Source: an uncultured Oscillospiraceae bacterium (GTDB taxonomy: Bacteria > Bacillota > Clostridia > Oscillospirales > Oscillospiraceae). From it: a stretch of DNA of 64,000 nucleotides. The position numbers were made by a program, and so were the translations under genes. The notes beneath the pieces are model-generated. The model searched no databases, had not been told where the DNA came from, and worked only from the letters and a program-made list of their open reading frames with translations. Positions 7,860-17,267 of this stretch are shown here, one piece after another. The stretch is from positions 9,122 through 73,121 of the forward strand of contig CANQQB010000002.1 in the NCBI GenBank assembly GCA_947625845.1, written 5' to 3'. The first letter of the stretch is position 1. Each line of letters begins with the position of its first letter.

Positions 7860-10800
7860 ATGGTACGTTTGATCTTGGGCCGGGGCGGGGCCGGGAAGAC
7901 GGCGCGGGTGTTCCGGGAGATAGCTGAATATGTGGCCCAGGGCCGGGAGAATATGGTCCTTCTGGTGCCGGAACAGTACAGCCACGAGGCGGAGAGGGAG
8001 CTCTGCGCCGCGGCGGGGGATACGCTGAGCCGGTACGGGGAGGTCTTGTCTTTTACGGGCCTGGCCCGGAAAATATTCGCCCTGTGCGGCGGCGGACGGC
8101 GGGCTATGGACGGCGGCGGCCGGCTGCTGTGTATGGCCGTGGCGGCGCGGACGGTGGGCGAAAAGCTGAAAATATACCGGAAAAGCTGCCGGGAGCCCAG
8201 GACCCTGGACAGCCTGAGCCGGGCGGTGGAGGAGCTGCAAAACGCCGGCGGCTCGGCGCAGGCGCTCTCCGACGCGGCGGAGAAGACGGAGGGGGCGCTT
8301 TCGGACAAGCTCCGGGACCTGGCGCTGCTGACGGAGGCCTACGCCGCCGTGCAGGAGCGAAGCGGCGCGGACAGCGCCGGCAGGCTCGCGGCTTTGGCCG
8401 ATAAGATCGCCGACGCCGGCATCGGCGGCTGGACCTTTTACGTGGACGGGTTTTCCGACTTCACCACCCTGGAAAAAAACGTGCTGCGCCAAATCATCAA
8501 GGCCGGCGCGGACCTGACGGTGTGCCTGACCTGCGGCCGGGACGGCGAGGACGGGGCGTTCCTGCTGCCCCGCGCCACGGCCCGGTGGCTGCACGCCGCT
8601 GCGGGGGAATACGACGCGCCCTGTGAGGAAGTATGGCTGGAGCCGGCGGAGGCGGAGCGCTCCCCCATCGCCTGGTTCTGCGACCACCTGTTTCATTATG
8701 CCGACGACCCGGCCCCGGAAAACGGCGGCGCGGTGCGGGCCGTGTACGCGTCGGATATCTACGAGGAATGTGAGCTGGCGGCGGCGCGGCTGGCCGAGCT
8801 TGCCCGGTCCGGGTGCCGCTGGCGGGATATGGCCGTGGCGGCGCGGGGGTTCGGCGACTACCGCACGGCGCTGGAGAGCGCCTGTGCCCGGTACGGCGTG
8901 CCGCTGTTTCTCTCCGGCCGGGAGGATACGGCTCAAAAGAGCCTGCCTTTGGCCATATTATCCGCGCTGGAGGCGGTGAGCCGGGGGTATGAGTACGAGG
9001 CGGTGTTCGGCTGGCTCAAGACCGGGCTGGGGCCGCTGACGGCGGACGAGACGGATAAACTGGAAAATTACGCGCTGCTCTGGTCCATCCGGGGCGATCA
9101 ATGGGACAGGCCCTGGACCATGCACCCGGAGGGGTACAACCGGGAATTTGACCAGGCGGCGGGCGAGACGCTTGCCGAGCTGAACGAGCTGCGGGCGCGG
9201 GTGATAACGCCGTTGAAAGCGCTGGAAAAGCGGGTGAGCGCCGCTGCAACGGCGGAGGCGCACGCGCATGCGGTGGGGGATTTTCTCGCCGACACGGACA
9301 TGGCCGGGAAGCTGTCCCGGCGGGCCGACGCGCTCACGCGGGAGGGCCGGAGCGAGACGGCGGCGGAGCTTTCCCGGCTGTGGGACGCGGTGTGCGCCGC
9401 GCTGGAGCAGTTCGCGGCGGTGCTGGGGGACATGACCATGGACGGGCCGGAGTTCGCGGCGCTTTATGGCCTGATGCTGTCCAAATACGACGTGAGCGTG
9501 ATCCCGGTGTCCCTGGACCGGGTGGGGGCCGGGGACATCGACGGCATGCGCCGGCGGCACATGAAGCACCTTCTGCTGCTTGGCGCGGCGGATGGGCGTA
9601 TCCCGGCCCTGTCGGACGCCATGGGCGTGTTCACTGCCGAGGAACGGGAGGAGCTGACGGCCCTGGGCCTGGACATGGGCGGCGCGGAGGAGGATCTGAG
9701 CCGGGAGTTCGGCCGTATTTACAGCGTGCTGACCCTGCCGTCGGAGAGCCTCACCATGAGCTGGTCCGCCTCGGACGCCGAGGGCGGCGCGGCCTCCCCC
9801 AGCGATCTGGTGAACCGGGCCAGGGATCTGCTGGGCGTGGAGCCGGAGCGGGGGGACATCCTTCGCGCCCGGACCTTTGCGCCCGGACCGGCCTTTGCCC
9901 TGGCCCTCATGGGCCAGACGGGACAGGACGCGCCGGTGTGTCTGGCCGCGCGGGAGCATTTCCTGCGCCAGGGGCGCGAGGCGGAGCTTGTGCGGCTGGC
10001 CGACGCCTCCAGAGCGCCCCAGGGTCGGCTCACGGCGGAGGCCGTGCGGGCCCTTTACGGCCGGACGCCGGGCCTGACCGCCACCAAGGCGGAGAAGTTC
10101 GCAAGCTGCCGGTTCGGGTACTTCCTCCAGTACGGCCTGCGGGCAAAACCCCGGCGGCCGGCGGTGTTCGACCCACGGGACTACGGCGATTTCATGCACT
10201 ATATCCTGGAAAAGACCGCCGGGGACGTGCTGGCCCTGGGGGGCTTCCAGGCCGTCACGGCACAGCAGGTGGGCGACATCGCGGACAAATACGTGGACGA
10301 ATATATCCAAAACGAGCTGCACGGCTTCGCGGACAAGACTCCCCGGTTCGCCTATCTCTTCCGGCGGCTGCGGACCACGGTGCGGCGGGTGACGGCGGAC
10401 ATGTGGCAGGAGCTTAAAGACTCCAAGTTCCGGCCGCTGGATCTGGAGCTGGACTTAAAGTCCGAGGGGGTCTTGGAACCTGCCGGGGACGATGAGCCGC
10501 CTTTGTCCGGCCGGGCCGACCGGGTGGACGGCTGGGTGGACGGGGACACCTTGTACCTGCGGGTGACGGACTACAAGACCGGGGTGAAAAAATTCGACCT
10601 GTCCGATGTGTGCCAGGGGCTCAATATGCAGATGCTTCTGTATCTGTTCGCTTTGGAAAAGCGGGGCAGGAGCTATTTCGGCGCGAAGAAGATAGAGCCG
10701 GCGGGGGTGCTGTACTCCCCCGCCCGGTTCGACGTGGTGAACGCGGACAGCGACGTGACGGACGAGGAGCTGGCGGCGCTGCGCCGGAGCATGACAAGGC

Positions 10801-11168
10801 GGAGCGGCCTGGTGCTGGACGACGCGGCGGTGCTGGAGGCCATGGAGCCGGGGCCGGACCGGCGGTTTCTGCCGGTGAAGCTCACCAAGGCCGGGGCCTG
10901 GACCAAGGATTCTCAGGCAAGTCTGGCCAGCCTGGAGCAGTTCGGCGCGCTCAGCCGCCACATCGACAAGACCCTCCGGGAGCTGGCGGCGGAGCTGCGG
11001 GCCGGGAGCGTGGACCTGGACCCCTGGTACAAAAACGCCGGGGACACCGCCTGCCGCTTCTGCGACTACCGGGAGGCGTGTCTGTTCGACGAGACGTCGG
11101 ACGGCTGGCGGCTGCGGGGGAAGCTTCCGGCGGAGCAGGCGTGGGAGAGGATAGAGGACCATGGGTGA
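7860..11168 (+). CDS. addB: ATP-dependent helicase/deoxyribonuclease AddAB, subunit B
   Basis: N-terminal GRGGAGKT Walker A. C-terminal PD-(D/E)XK nuclease (DYKTG) and the AddB Fe-S cysteines (...CRFCDYREACLFD). It overlaps addA by 8 nt. About 1100 aa. Confidence 0.9.
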   Translation: MVRLILGRGGAGKTARVFREIAEYVAQGRENMVLLVPEQYSHEAERELCAAAGDTLSRYGEVLSFTGLARKIFALCGGGRRAMDGGGRLLCMAVAARTVGEKLKIYRKSCREPRTLDSLSRAVEELQNAGGSAQALSDAAEKTEGALSDKLRDLALLTEAYAAVQERSGADSAGRLAALADKIADAGIGGWTFYVDGFSDFTTLEKNVLRQIIKAGADLTVCLTCGRDGEDGAFLLPRATARWLHAAAGEYDAPCEEVWLEPAEAERSPIAWFCDHLFHYADDPAPENGGAVRAVYASDIYEECELAAARLAELARSGCRWRDMAVAARGFGDYRTALESACARYGVPLFLSGREDTAQKSLPLAILSALEAVSRGYEYEAVFGWLKTGLGPLTADETDKLENYALLWSIRGDQWDRPWTMHPEGYNREFDQAAGETLAELNELRARVITPLKALEKRVSAAATAEAHAHAVGDFLADTDMAGKLSRRADALTREGRSETAAELSRLWDAVCAALEQFAAVLGDMTMDGPEFAALYGLMLSKYDVSVIPVSLDRVGAGDIDGMRRRHMKHLLLLGAADGRIPALSDAMGVFTAEEREELTALGLDMGGAEEDLSREFGRIYSVLTLPSESLTMSWSASDAEGGAASPSDLVNRARDLLGVEPERGDILRARTFAPGPAFALALMGQTGQDAPVCLAAREHFLRQGREAELVRLADASRAPQGRLTAEAVRALYGRTPGLTATKAEKFASCRFGYFLQYGLRAKPRRPAVFDPRDYGDFMHYILEKTAGDVLALGGFQAVTAQQVGDIADKYVDEYIQNELHGFADKTPRFAYLFRRLRTTVRRVTADMWQELKDSKFRPLDLELDLKSEGVLEPAGDDEPPLSGRADRVDGWVDGDTLYLRVTDYKTGVKKFDLSDVCQGLNMQMLLYLFALEKRGRSYFGAKKIEPAGVLYSPARFDVVNADSDVTDEELAALRRSMTRRSGLVLDDAAVLEAMEPGPDRRFLPVKLTKAGAWTKDSQASLASLEQFGALSRHIDKTLRELAAELRAGSVDLDPWYKNAGDTACRFCDYREACLFDETSDGWRLRGKLPAEQAWERIEDHG

Positions 11169-14100
11169 GTTCAAACCGACACCCTCGCAGGAGCGGGCGA
11201 TACATATAAAGGACGGACCGGTGCTGGTCAGCGCCGCGGCGGGCTCTGGCAAGACAAGGGTGCTCACCGAGCGGCTGATGGCACGTGTGCTGGCCGGGGA
11301 GGACATCGACCGGTTTCTGGTCATCACCTTCACCCGCGCGGCGGCGGCGGAGCTGCGGGGCCGTATTTTGCAGCGGCTGGGCGACCCATCCGACAAGCGG
11401 CTGCGGCGGCAGCGGGCACTGGTGTACCGTGCCCAGATCGGCACCATCGACAGCTTTTGCACGGCCCTGGTCCGGGAAAACGCCCACGCTCTGGGCGTGT
11501 CCCCCAGCTTCACCGTGCTGGACGAGGACCGGGCCCAGACCATGCGTGCCCGGGCGCTGGAGGACGTGCTGGACCGGGCCTACGAGCGCATCGAGGCCGA
11601 CGCGGGGCTGCGGGCCCTGGTGGACAGCGCCGGGGCCGGAAGGGACGACAGCCGTCTGGCCGCGCTCATATTGGACCTGGACAGCAAAATGCAGAGCTAC
11701 GCCTTCCCCAAACAGTGGGCGGAGGAAAAGCTGGCCAAGCTGGACGTGGAGGGCATGACCGACGCGGGCCAGACGGACTGGGGCCGGTATTTATTGGACG
11801 ACGCCGTGGCCGAGGCGGAATACCGTGCGGGGGAGCTGGAAAAGGCCAGGACGGAGATGCTGCGGCCGGAAAACGCCCCGTTCATGGGGGGCTACCCGGA
11901 CTCCTTCGGCGAGATGGCGCTGCTGCTGCGGGACCTGTCCCGCGCGGCATCTGACGGCTGGGAGGCGGCGCGGGCCGTGCTGGACCTGCCCAATCCCAAG
12001 CTGCGGACCATGAAGCGTGGCGCGGATGAGTGTTTAAAAGCCCGGTTCAAGCCCGTATGGGACGGGACGCGGGACGCGCTGGTCCGTCTGCGCAAGCTGT
12101 TGGCCGGGGACAGCGCCGCGCTGCTGGCCGGGATAAACGCCTCCAAAGCGCCGCTGACGGCGCTGATGGACCTGGTGTGGGAGCTGGAAAAGGAGTACGC
12201 CGCCCGCAAGCGGCGGGCGGACGCCTGCGATTTTTCCGACGTGGAGCACTTTTGCGTGCAGCTTTTGGACGACCCGGCATTGGCCGCGTCCGTGTCCGAT
12301 AGGTTTGCCGAGGTGATGGTGGACGAGTACCAGGACGTGAACGCCGTCCAGGAGCTGATCTTTAAACGTGTCAGCCATGAGGGGAAGAACCTCTTCATGG
12401 TGGGCGACGTGAAGCAGTCCGTCTACCGGTTCCGGCTGGCGGAGCCGGACATCTTCAACGAAAAATACCGGCGCTTCGCCGACGGTTCGGCGGGCACGCG
12501 GGTCTTGCTGCGGGAGAATTTCCGCAGCCGCAAAACCGTGCTGGACGCGTGCAACAGCGTGTTCTCCCGGATCATGAGCCGCCAGCTCGGGGAGATCGAC
12601 TACGATGACGACGCGGCGCTGGTCTTCGGCGCGAAGGACTATCCCCCCCAGGGGGACGTGCGGCCGGAGCTGTGCGTCCTGGAACCGGACAGGTCCGACG
12701 ACGAGCAGACTCCGGACAAGCTGCGGCAGGAGGCTCGGTATGTGGCCGAGCGTATCCGGTCCATGGTGGAGAACAGGGAGCCGGTGTCCGACGGCCAGGG
12801 CGGTATGCGGCCGGTGCGGTACGGGGACGTTGCCCTTTTATTGCGCACCCCCGGCACCTCGGGCGGGGCGTTCCGGCGGGCCTTGCGGGAGGCGGGCGTG
12901 CCCGTGAGCGCCCGACAGGGCGGCAGCTTTTTCGCTCAGCCGGAGGTGAGCTTCACCCTCTCCATGCTGTCGGTGCTGGATAACCCCCGGCAGGACGTGC
13001 CGCTGATCGCGGCTTTGCGGGGTCTGCCCTTCGGCTTTACCCCCGACGAGCTCTCCGCCGTCCGTGCGGCGGGCAAGGGGGACCTGTGGGACGCGCTGCA
13101 AATAAGAGCGCAGAGCGATGAACGCTGCGCGGATTTCGCGGCGCTGGTGCAAAGACTGCGGAGCTTTGCCCTTGAGGCGTCCACCGACAGCCTTCTCCGC
13201 CGGCTATACGACGAGACGGAGCTTCTCACCGTCTGCGGCGTGATGGCCGACGCGCCACGGCGTATCGCGGACCTGATGCAGCTGTATGAATATGCCCGGC
13301 GGTTCGAGCAGGACGGGAACCGGGGGCTTTTCCGGTTCGTGCTGTGGCTGCGGGAGCTGGAGCGGCGGGGGCTGGAGCCCCCCGCGCCGGCGGAGGAAAA
13401 CGCGGTGCAGATCATGAGCGTGCACAAGTCCAAGGGCCTGGAGTGGCCGGTGGTGTTTCTGGCCGACAACAGCCACGGGTGGAACCGGCAGCGGGGAGCG
13501 CAGGCCCTGTGCCACCGGGAGCTGGGTCTGGGCATGCAGCTGACGGACGCGGTCCGGGGGGTCCGGTGGCCGACGCTGGCCTGGCGGGCCATCGACCGGC
13601 GCACCCAATTGGAGGAGCTGAGCGAGCAGGAGCGGGTACTGTACGTGGCCATGACCCGCGCCAAGGAGCGGCTCATCATGACGTGCGTGCAGCCAAAGGC
13701 GGCGGAAAAGCTGGCGTCTTACGGCCCGGCGACCGCCGAACCCGTCAGCCCCCGGACGCTGATGCGGGCCCAGAGCGTGACGCCCTGGCTGCTGGCGGCC
13801 GCCGCCGGGGACGGAGGCGAGACCCTCGACATAAGGCTTGTCCCCCCCGCGCAGGCACAGGGGACGGCCGAGGAAAATGCCCCCCGGTCCATCCCGGCGG
13901 GGGACCCTGCCTTGACGGCGGAGATAGCCGCGCGGCTCGATTGGAAATACCCTTACCAGGCGGCGGTGGCCCTGCCCTCCAAGGTCACGGCCACGGGCAT
14001 AGCGGACCTGGCGCCGGACAATGCCGACCCGGAGGCGGCGGAGCTTCCCCACACGGCCCGGAGCGGCACGCGTCGGCTGCGTCCGCCGGACTTCGGCCGG

Positions 14101-14649
14101 GATGATAGGCCCCTCACCGGCCCGGAGCGGGGCGTGGCGGCCCACCTGGTCATGCAGCACATCGACTTTGCCCGTGTTTCCTCGGCGGCGGAGATCGCCG
14201 GCCAGATCAGGCGCATGGAGCAATTGGGTTTTCTGGACAGCCGGCAGGCGGCCGCGGCGGACCCGGAGGATATTTTGGCCTTTTTTGAGTCCGACCTTGG
14301 CGCGCGGCTGCGGCAGGCGGACAAGGTGGTGCGGGAGTTCAAATTCTCCCTGCTGTGCCAGGCCCACACCTGGTATCCCCAGGCGCCGGCGGGGGAGCAG
14401 ATACTGCTCCAGGGCGTGGTGGACTGCTGCATGGAGGAAGCGGGGCAATTGACCGTGATAGACTTCAAGACAGACGGTACGGTGGACCCGGACCGGTACG
14501 CCGGGCAGCTCGAGGCCTATGCCGCCGCGCTGGCGCGGATCTTCCAAAAGCCGGTGCGTCAGGCGGCGCTGTGGTACCTGCGGAAAAGGGAAATGGCACT
14601 GATACCAATAAAAAATAGTTGCGTTTTTGGCGGACCTGTGTTAATATGA
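11161..14649 (+). CDS. addA: ATP-dependent helicase/nuclease AddAB, subunit A (UvrD-like helicase plus C-terminal nuclease)
   Basis: AAAGSGKT; VDEYQDVN; GDVKQSVYRFR; NFRS; MSVHKSKGLEWPVVFL; YVAMTRAKERL. C-terminal nuclease motif GVVDCC...IDFKTD. Confidence 0.92.
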   Translation: MGEFKPTPSQERAIHIKDGPVLVSAAAGSGKTRVLTERLMARVLAGEDIDRFLVITFTRAAAAELRGRILQRLGDPSDKRLRRQRALVYRAQIGTIDSFCTALVRENAHALGVSPSFTVLDEDRAQTMRARALEDVLDRAYERIEADAGLRALVDSAGAGRDDSRLAALILDLDSKMQSYAFPKQWAEEKLAKLDVEGMTDAGQTDWGRYLLDDAVAEAEYRAGELEKARTEMLRPENAPFMGGYPDSFGEMALLLRDLSRAASDGWEAARAVLDLPNPKLRTMKRGADECLKARFKPVWDGTRDALVRLRKLLAGDSAALLAGINASKAPLTALMDLVWELEKEYAARKRRADACDFSDVEHFCVQLLDDPALAASVSDRFAEVMVDEYQDVNAVQELIFKRVSHEGKNLFMVGDVKQSVYRFRLAEPDIFNEKYRRFADGSAGTRVLLRENFRSRKTVLDACNSVFSRIMSRQLGEIDYDDDAALVFGAKDYPPQGDVRPELCVLEPDRSDDEQTPDKLRQEARYVAERIRSMVENREPVSDGQGGMRPVRYGDVALLLRTPGTSGGAFRRALREAGVPVSARQGGSFFAQPEVSFTLSMLSVLDNPRQDVPLIAALRGLPFGFTPDELSAVRAAGKGDLWDALQIRAQSDERCADFAALVQRLRSFALEASTDSLLRRLYDETELLTVCGVMADAPRRIADLMQLYEYARRFEQDGNRGLFRFVLWLRELERRGLEPPAPAEENAVQIMSVHKSKGLEWPVVFLADNSHGWNRQRGAQALCHRELGLGMQLTDAVRGVRWPTLAWRAIDRRTQLEELSEQERVLYVAMTRAKERLIMTCVQPKAAEKLASYGPATAEPVSPRTLMRAQSVTPWLLAAAAGDGGETLDIRLVPPAQAQGTAEENAPRSIPAGDPALTAEIAARLDWKYPYQAAVALPSKVTATGIADLAPDNADPEAAELPHTARSGTRRLRPPDFGRDDRPLTGPERGVAAHLVMQHIDFARVSSAAEIAGQIRRMEQLGFLDSRQAAAADPEDILAFFESDLGARLRQADKVVREFKFSLLCQAHTWYPQAPAGEQILLQGVVDCCMEEAGQLTVIDFKTDGTVDPDRYAGQLEAYAAALARIFQKPVRQAALWYLRKREMALIPIKNSCVFGGPVLI

Positions 14650-14716
14650 CCAATGCGCCTTGTAACGGCGGGCTTTTCCTCCCGCACTCAAGGCAGCTTG
14701 ATACGAGGTGAATGAA

Positions 14717-14920
14717 ATGAAGGAAGGCATCCATCCCAAGTACTACAAGACCACCATCCGCTGCGCCTGCGGCAACGTGATCGAGACCGGCTCCACACGG
14801 GAGAACATCTCCGTGGAGATCTGCTCCAAGTGCCACCCGTTCTACACCGGCAAACAGAAGCTGGTGGACACCAGCGGCCGCGTGGACAAGTTCAACAAGA
14901 AGTACGGCCTGACCAAGTAA
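14717..14920 (+). CDS. rpmE: 50S ribosomal protein L31 (Zn-ribbon type)
   Basis: [73 protein letters not shown] upstream of ATG 14717. Confidence 0.95.
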   Translation: MKEGIHPKYYKTTIRCACGNVIETGSTRENISVEICSKCHPFYTGKQKLVDTSGRVDKFNKKYGLTK

Positions 14921-14940
14921 GAGGAAATGCCAATAGGTAC

Positions 14941-14968
14941 GCCCCGCTCATCCGAGCGGGGCGTTTAA
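14941..14968 (+). terminator. Rho-independent terminator of rpmE
   Basis: GCCCCGCTC-ATCC-GAGCGGGGC followed by GTTTAA. Confidence 0.65.
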
Positions 14969-15498
14969 CATTGCTGACGGCCCCCTTGTGAAAGGGGGCT
15001 GTCGAGCGTCAGCGAGACTGGGGGATTGTCGTCGGAGCACGCATGGCTAGGCCGGGATTCGCCGCAAGCGGCAAACCCTGGATAGCCAGCGGCTCCTCCT
15101 CTCCCCACGCGACAGGCGTGCCGCGTGGGGACCCCACGGCAATCCCCCCGAGCCGCCATTCGGCGGCCCACCCCCCTTTGACAAGGGGGGCGTTCGATAA
15201 GGTATTATTTAAATATCTCTCCCTCAGTCACCGCCTAAAGGCGGTGACAGCCCCCTCGACAGAGGGGGCCGGCCCCGCTGGGGCCGATTCGGGGGCAAAG
15301 CCCCCGCCTCCCTCTGACGAGGGAGGTGCCGAGCGACAGCGAGGCGGAGGGAGAGAAACATTAAAATCCAACGCGGTCCACGGCGTAAGCCGGGGACACC
15401 TTTTTGACATCGGCGGGCGGCGGTTATCTGGCGTTACAACCCTCCAGTCACGCTTACGCGTGACAGCCCCCCTTGCACAGGGGGGCCGTTCGATAAGG
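14968..15498. repeat. Extragenic repeat cluster, locus B (arm + M4 core + arm + full TGAC-type palindrome + GNRA hairpin + arm)
   Basis: It fills the whole convergent spacer between rpmE and the ABC ATPase gene. M4 core 15029-15136. Palindromic unit 15208-15369 (CTCTCC...GGGAGAGA). GTAA-loop hairpin 15376-15397. Final arm GTGACAGCCCCCCTTGCACAGGGGGGCCGTTCGATAAGG. Confidence 0.85.
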
Positions 15499-15499
15499 A

Positions 15500-16285
15500 T
15501 TATGACAATAGCATCCTGTCGTTATCCAGCGCCTTGCCCACGTTTTCCTTGAACATCCTCAGCAGGTCGTCCACGGTCAGGCCCTTGCGCGCGTCGCCCT
15601 TCAGGTCCAGCAGGATATGGCCCGCGTCCATCATCAGCGTCCGGTTGCCCAGTGCCAGAGCGGAGGACATGTTGTGGGTGATCATGAGGCAGGTGAGGTG
15701 ATTTTCCCGGACGATGCTCTCGGTCAGCGCCAGGACCTTTTCCGCCGTGCCGGGGTCCAACGCGGCGGTGTGTTCGTCCAGCAGCAGCAGCTTGGGCGGC
15801 ACCATGGTGGCCATCAGCAGCGTCAGCGCCTGGCGCTGCCCGCCGGACAGAAGCCCCACCGGCTGGCGCACCCGGTCCTCCAGCCCCATGTCCAGCAGGG
15901 AAAGCCGCTCCCGAAAGGCGGCCTTTTCCGCCTTGGAAACGTGGCTGAGCCACCCGCCGCCGCCGGCGGCCAGAGCCAGGTTTTCCTCGATGGTCATGGC
16001 CGGCGCGCTGCCCCGCATGGGGTCCTGGAAAAGCCGGCCGATGCTCCGGGCCCGCTTAAATTCCGGCTGGAAGGTGATGTCCTGCCCGTCCAGGGTGATG
16101 GAGCCGGTGTCGGGGTAAAAGCTGCCGGCGATGGCGTTGAACAGGGTAGACTTGCCCGCGCCGTTGGCGCCGATGATGGTGACGAAATCGCCGGGGTCCA
16201 GGTGCAGACTCACGTCCCGGAGGGCCGTCTTCTCGTTCACGGTGCCGGGGTTGAAGGTCTTGGAGATGTTTTGCAGCGTGAGCAT
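15500..16285 (-). CDS. ABC transporter ATP-binding protein (PF04392-type uptake system)
   Basis: Walker A GANGAGKST, signature LSGGQRQAL, Walker B LLLDEHTAALD. Third gene of the SBP-permease-ATPase operon. Confidence 0.9.
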   Translation of the reverse strand: MLTLQNISKTFNPGTVNEKTALRDVSLHLDPGDFVTIIGANGAGKSTLFNAIAGSFYPDTGSITLDGQDITFQPEFKRARSIGRLFQDPMRGSAPAMTIEENLALAAGGGGWLSHVSKAEKAAFRERLSLLDMGLEDRVRQPVGLLSGGQRQALTLLMATMVPPKLLLLDEHTAALDPGTAEKVLALTESIVRENHLTCLMITHNMSSALALGNRTLMMDAGHILLDLKGDARKGLTVDDLLRMFKENVGKALDNDRMLLS

Positions 16286-16288
16286 GCC

Positions 16289-17218
16289 TCAGCTCCCCTC
16301 CTTCCGCGACCCGGCCAGCCGCCGTTTGAGCATGGGGGCCTGGGTCTTGAAGTACGGCCCCGCGATGGCGACGATGACGATGACGGAGCTTACAAGCTTC
16401 AGCATGAACGCGGGCATATTGAGACGCAGGGCCACGGTGTACACCAGCCGGAAGATCACGGAGCCCACCACCATGCCCACCGCACGCTTGGCGATGGAGC
16501 CGCGGCCCATGAAGGTCTGGCCTATGAGCAGGCTGGCCAAGGCGATGGTGACCATGCCGGAGCCGATGTCGATGTTGACGGATTTCTGGCTCTGGGCCAG
16601 CAGGCACCCGGACAGGCCCGTGAAGGCGTTGGCCACGCACAGGCCCACGATGGTGGTGAACACCGGGTTGATGGACGAGGACCGGACCATGTCCGGGTTG
16701 TTGCCGGTGGCCCGGATGGCCAGGCCAAGCCGGGTCCGCAGGAACAGCGCCAAAAATACGATCACCAGCGCCACGGCTATGACGGCGATGACCAGGTCCT
16801 GAAACCCCGCCAGGGGCGTGTCCTTTAAAAGGCCCTTCACGGCGGTGAACACCGTCTCGGTCCGGTTCATGTTCAAAAGGGAGGACTTGCCCATGACGGC
16901 GATGTTGATGGAGTAAAGCCCCGTGTTGACGATGATGCCGGCCAGCAGGCTGTCTATGCCCATTTTCGTTTGCAGCACGGCGGTGACGAACCCGGACAGT
17001 ACCCCGGCGGCCATAGCGGCGGGGATAGAGAGGTACGGATGGCCGGATATGGCGACCACGGCCCCCACGGCGGCGCCAAGGGTAAAGCAGCCGTCGGTCG
17101 ACAGGTCGCACACGTTCAGCATGGAATAGCTCAAAAACAGGGCCAGCACGGTAAGCGAGCAGGTCAGTCCCAGCTCCAGCGCCGTCTGCACCAGGCCCCA
17201 TATGGCGGATAATGACAT
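16289..17218 (-). CDS. ABC transporter permease (BPD_transp_2 / branched-chain-type fold)
   Basis: 309 aa and highly hydrophobic, with multiple TM segments. It lies between the SBP and ATPase genes. The alternative frames (16056..17201-, 15617..16828+) are Arg/Gly/His shadow ORFs. Confidence 0.85.
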   Translation of the reverse strand: MSLSAIWGLVQTALELGLTCSLTVLALFLSYSMLNVCDLSTDGCFTLGAAVGAVVAISGHPYLSIPAAMAAGVLSGFVTAVLQTKMGIDSLLAGIIVNTGLYSINIAVMGKSSLLNMNRTETVFTAVKGLLKDTPLAGFQDLVIAVIAVALVIVFLALFLRTRLGLAIRATGNNPDMVRSSSINPVFTTIVGLCVANAFTGLSGCLLAQSQKSVNIDIGSGMVTIALASLLIGQTFMGRGSIAKRAVGMVVGSVIFRLVYTVALRLNMPAFMLKLVSSVIVIVAIAGPYFKTQAPMLKRRLAGSRKEGS

Positions 17219-17267
17219 GGATGGTTCTCCTTATAGAGGGGAATTGCTGTTCGGGGGAAGACTTGAA

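Noticed and set aside
7584-11543. Long minus-strand ORFs (7584..8936, 8958..10322, 10455..11543) and + frame ORFs (9380..10417, 10610..11209) across addB
   Set aside because: Their Arg/Pro/Gly/His-dominated translations have no motifs. addB in the annotated frame carries Walker A, nuclease and Fe-S motifs.
11285-14618. Multiple alternative-frame ORFs across addA (e.g. 13204..14547-, 12936..13679-, 13344..14105+)
   Set aside because: Same shadow-ORF composition. addA helicase motifs are continuous in the chosen frame.
14968-15498. CRISPR array as an explanation for the clustered repeats
   Set aside because: The units are palindromic, of several different types and lengths, and directly abutting. 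They are not separated by unique spacers of constant length. No cas genes or leader are present.
15522-17212. ORFs 15617..16828(+), 16056..17201(-), 15522..15953(-) overlapping the ABC ATPase and permease genes
   Set aside because: Their Gly/His/Arg/Asp-rich repetitive translations contrast with the Walker/signature motifs and TM pattern of the real genes in the other frames.
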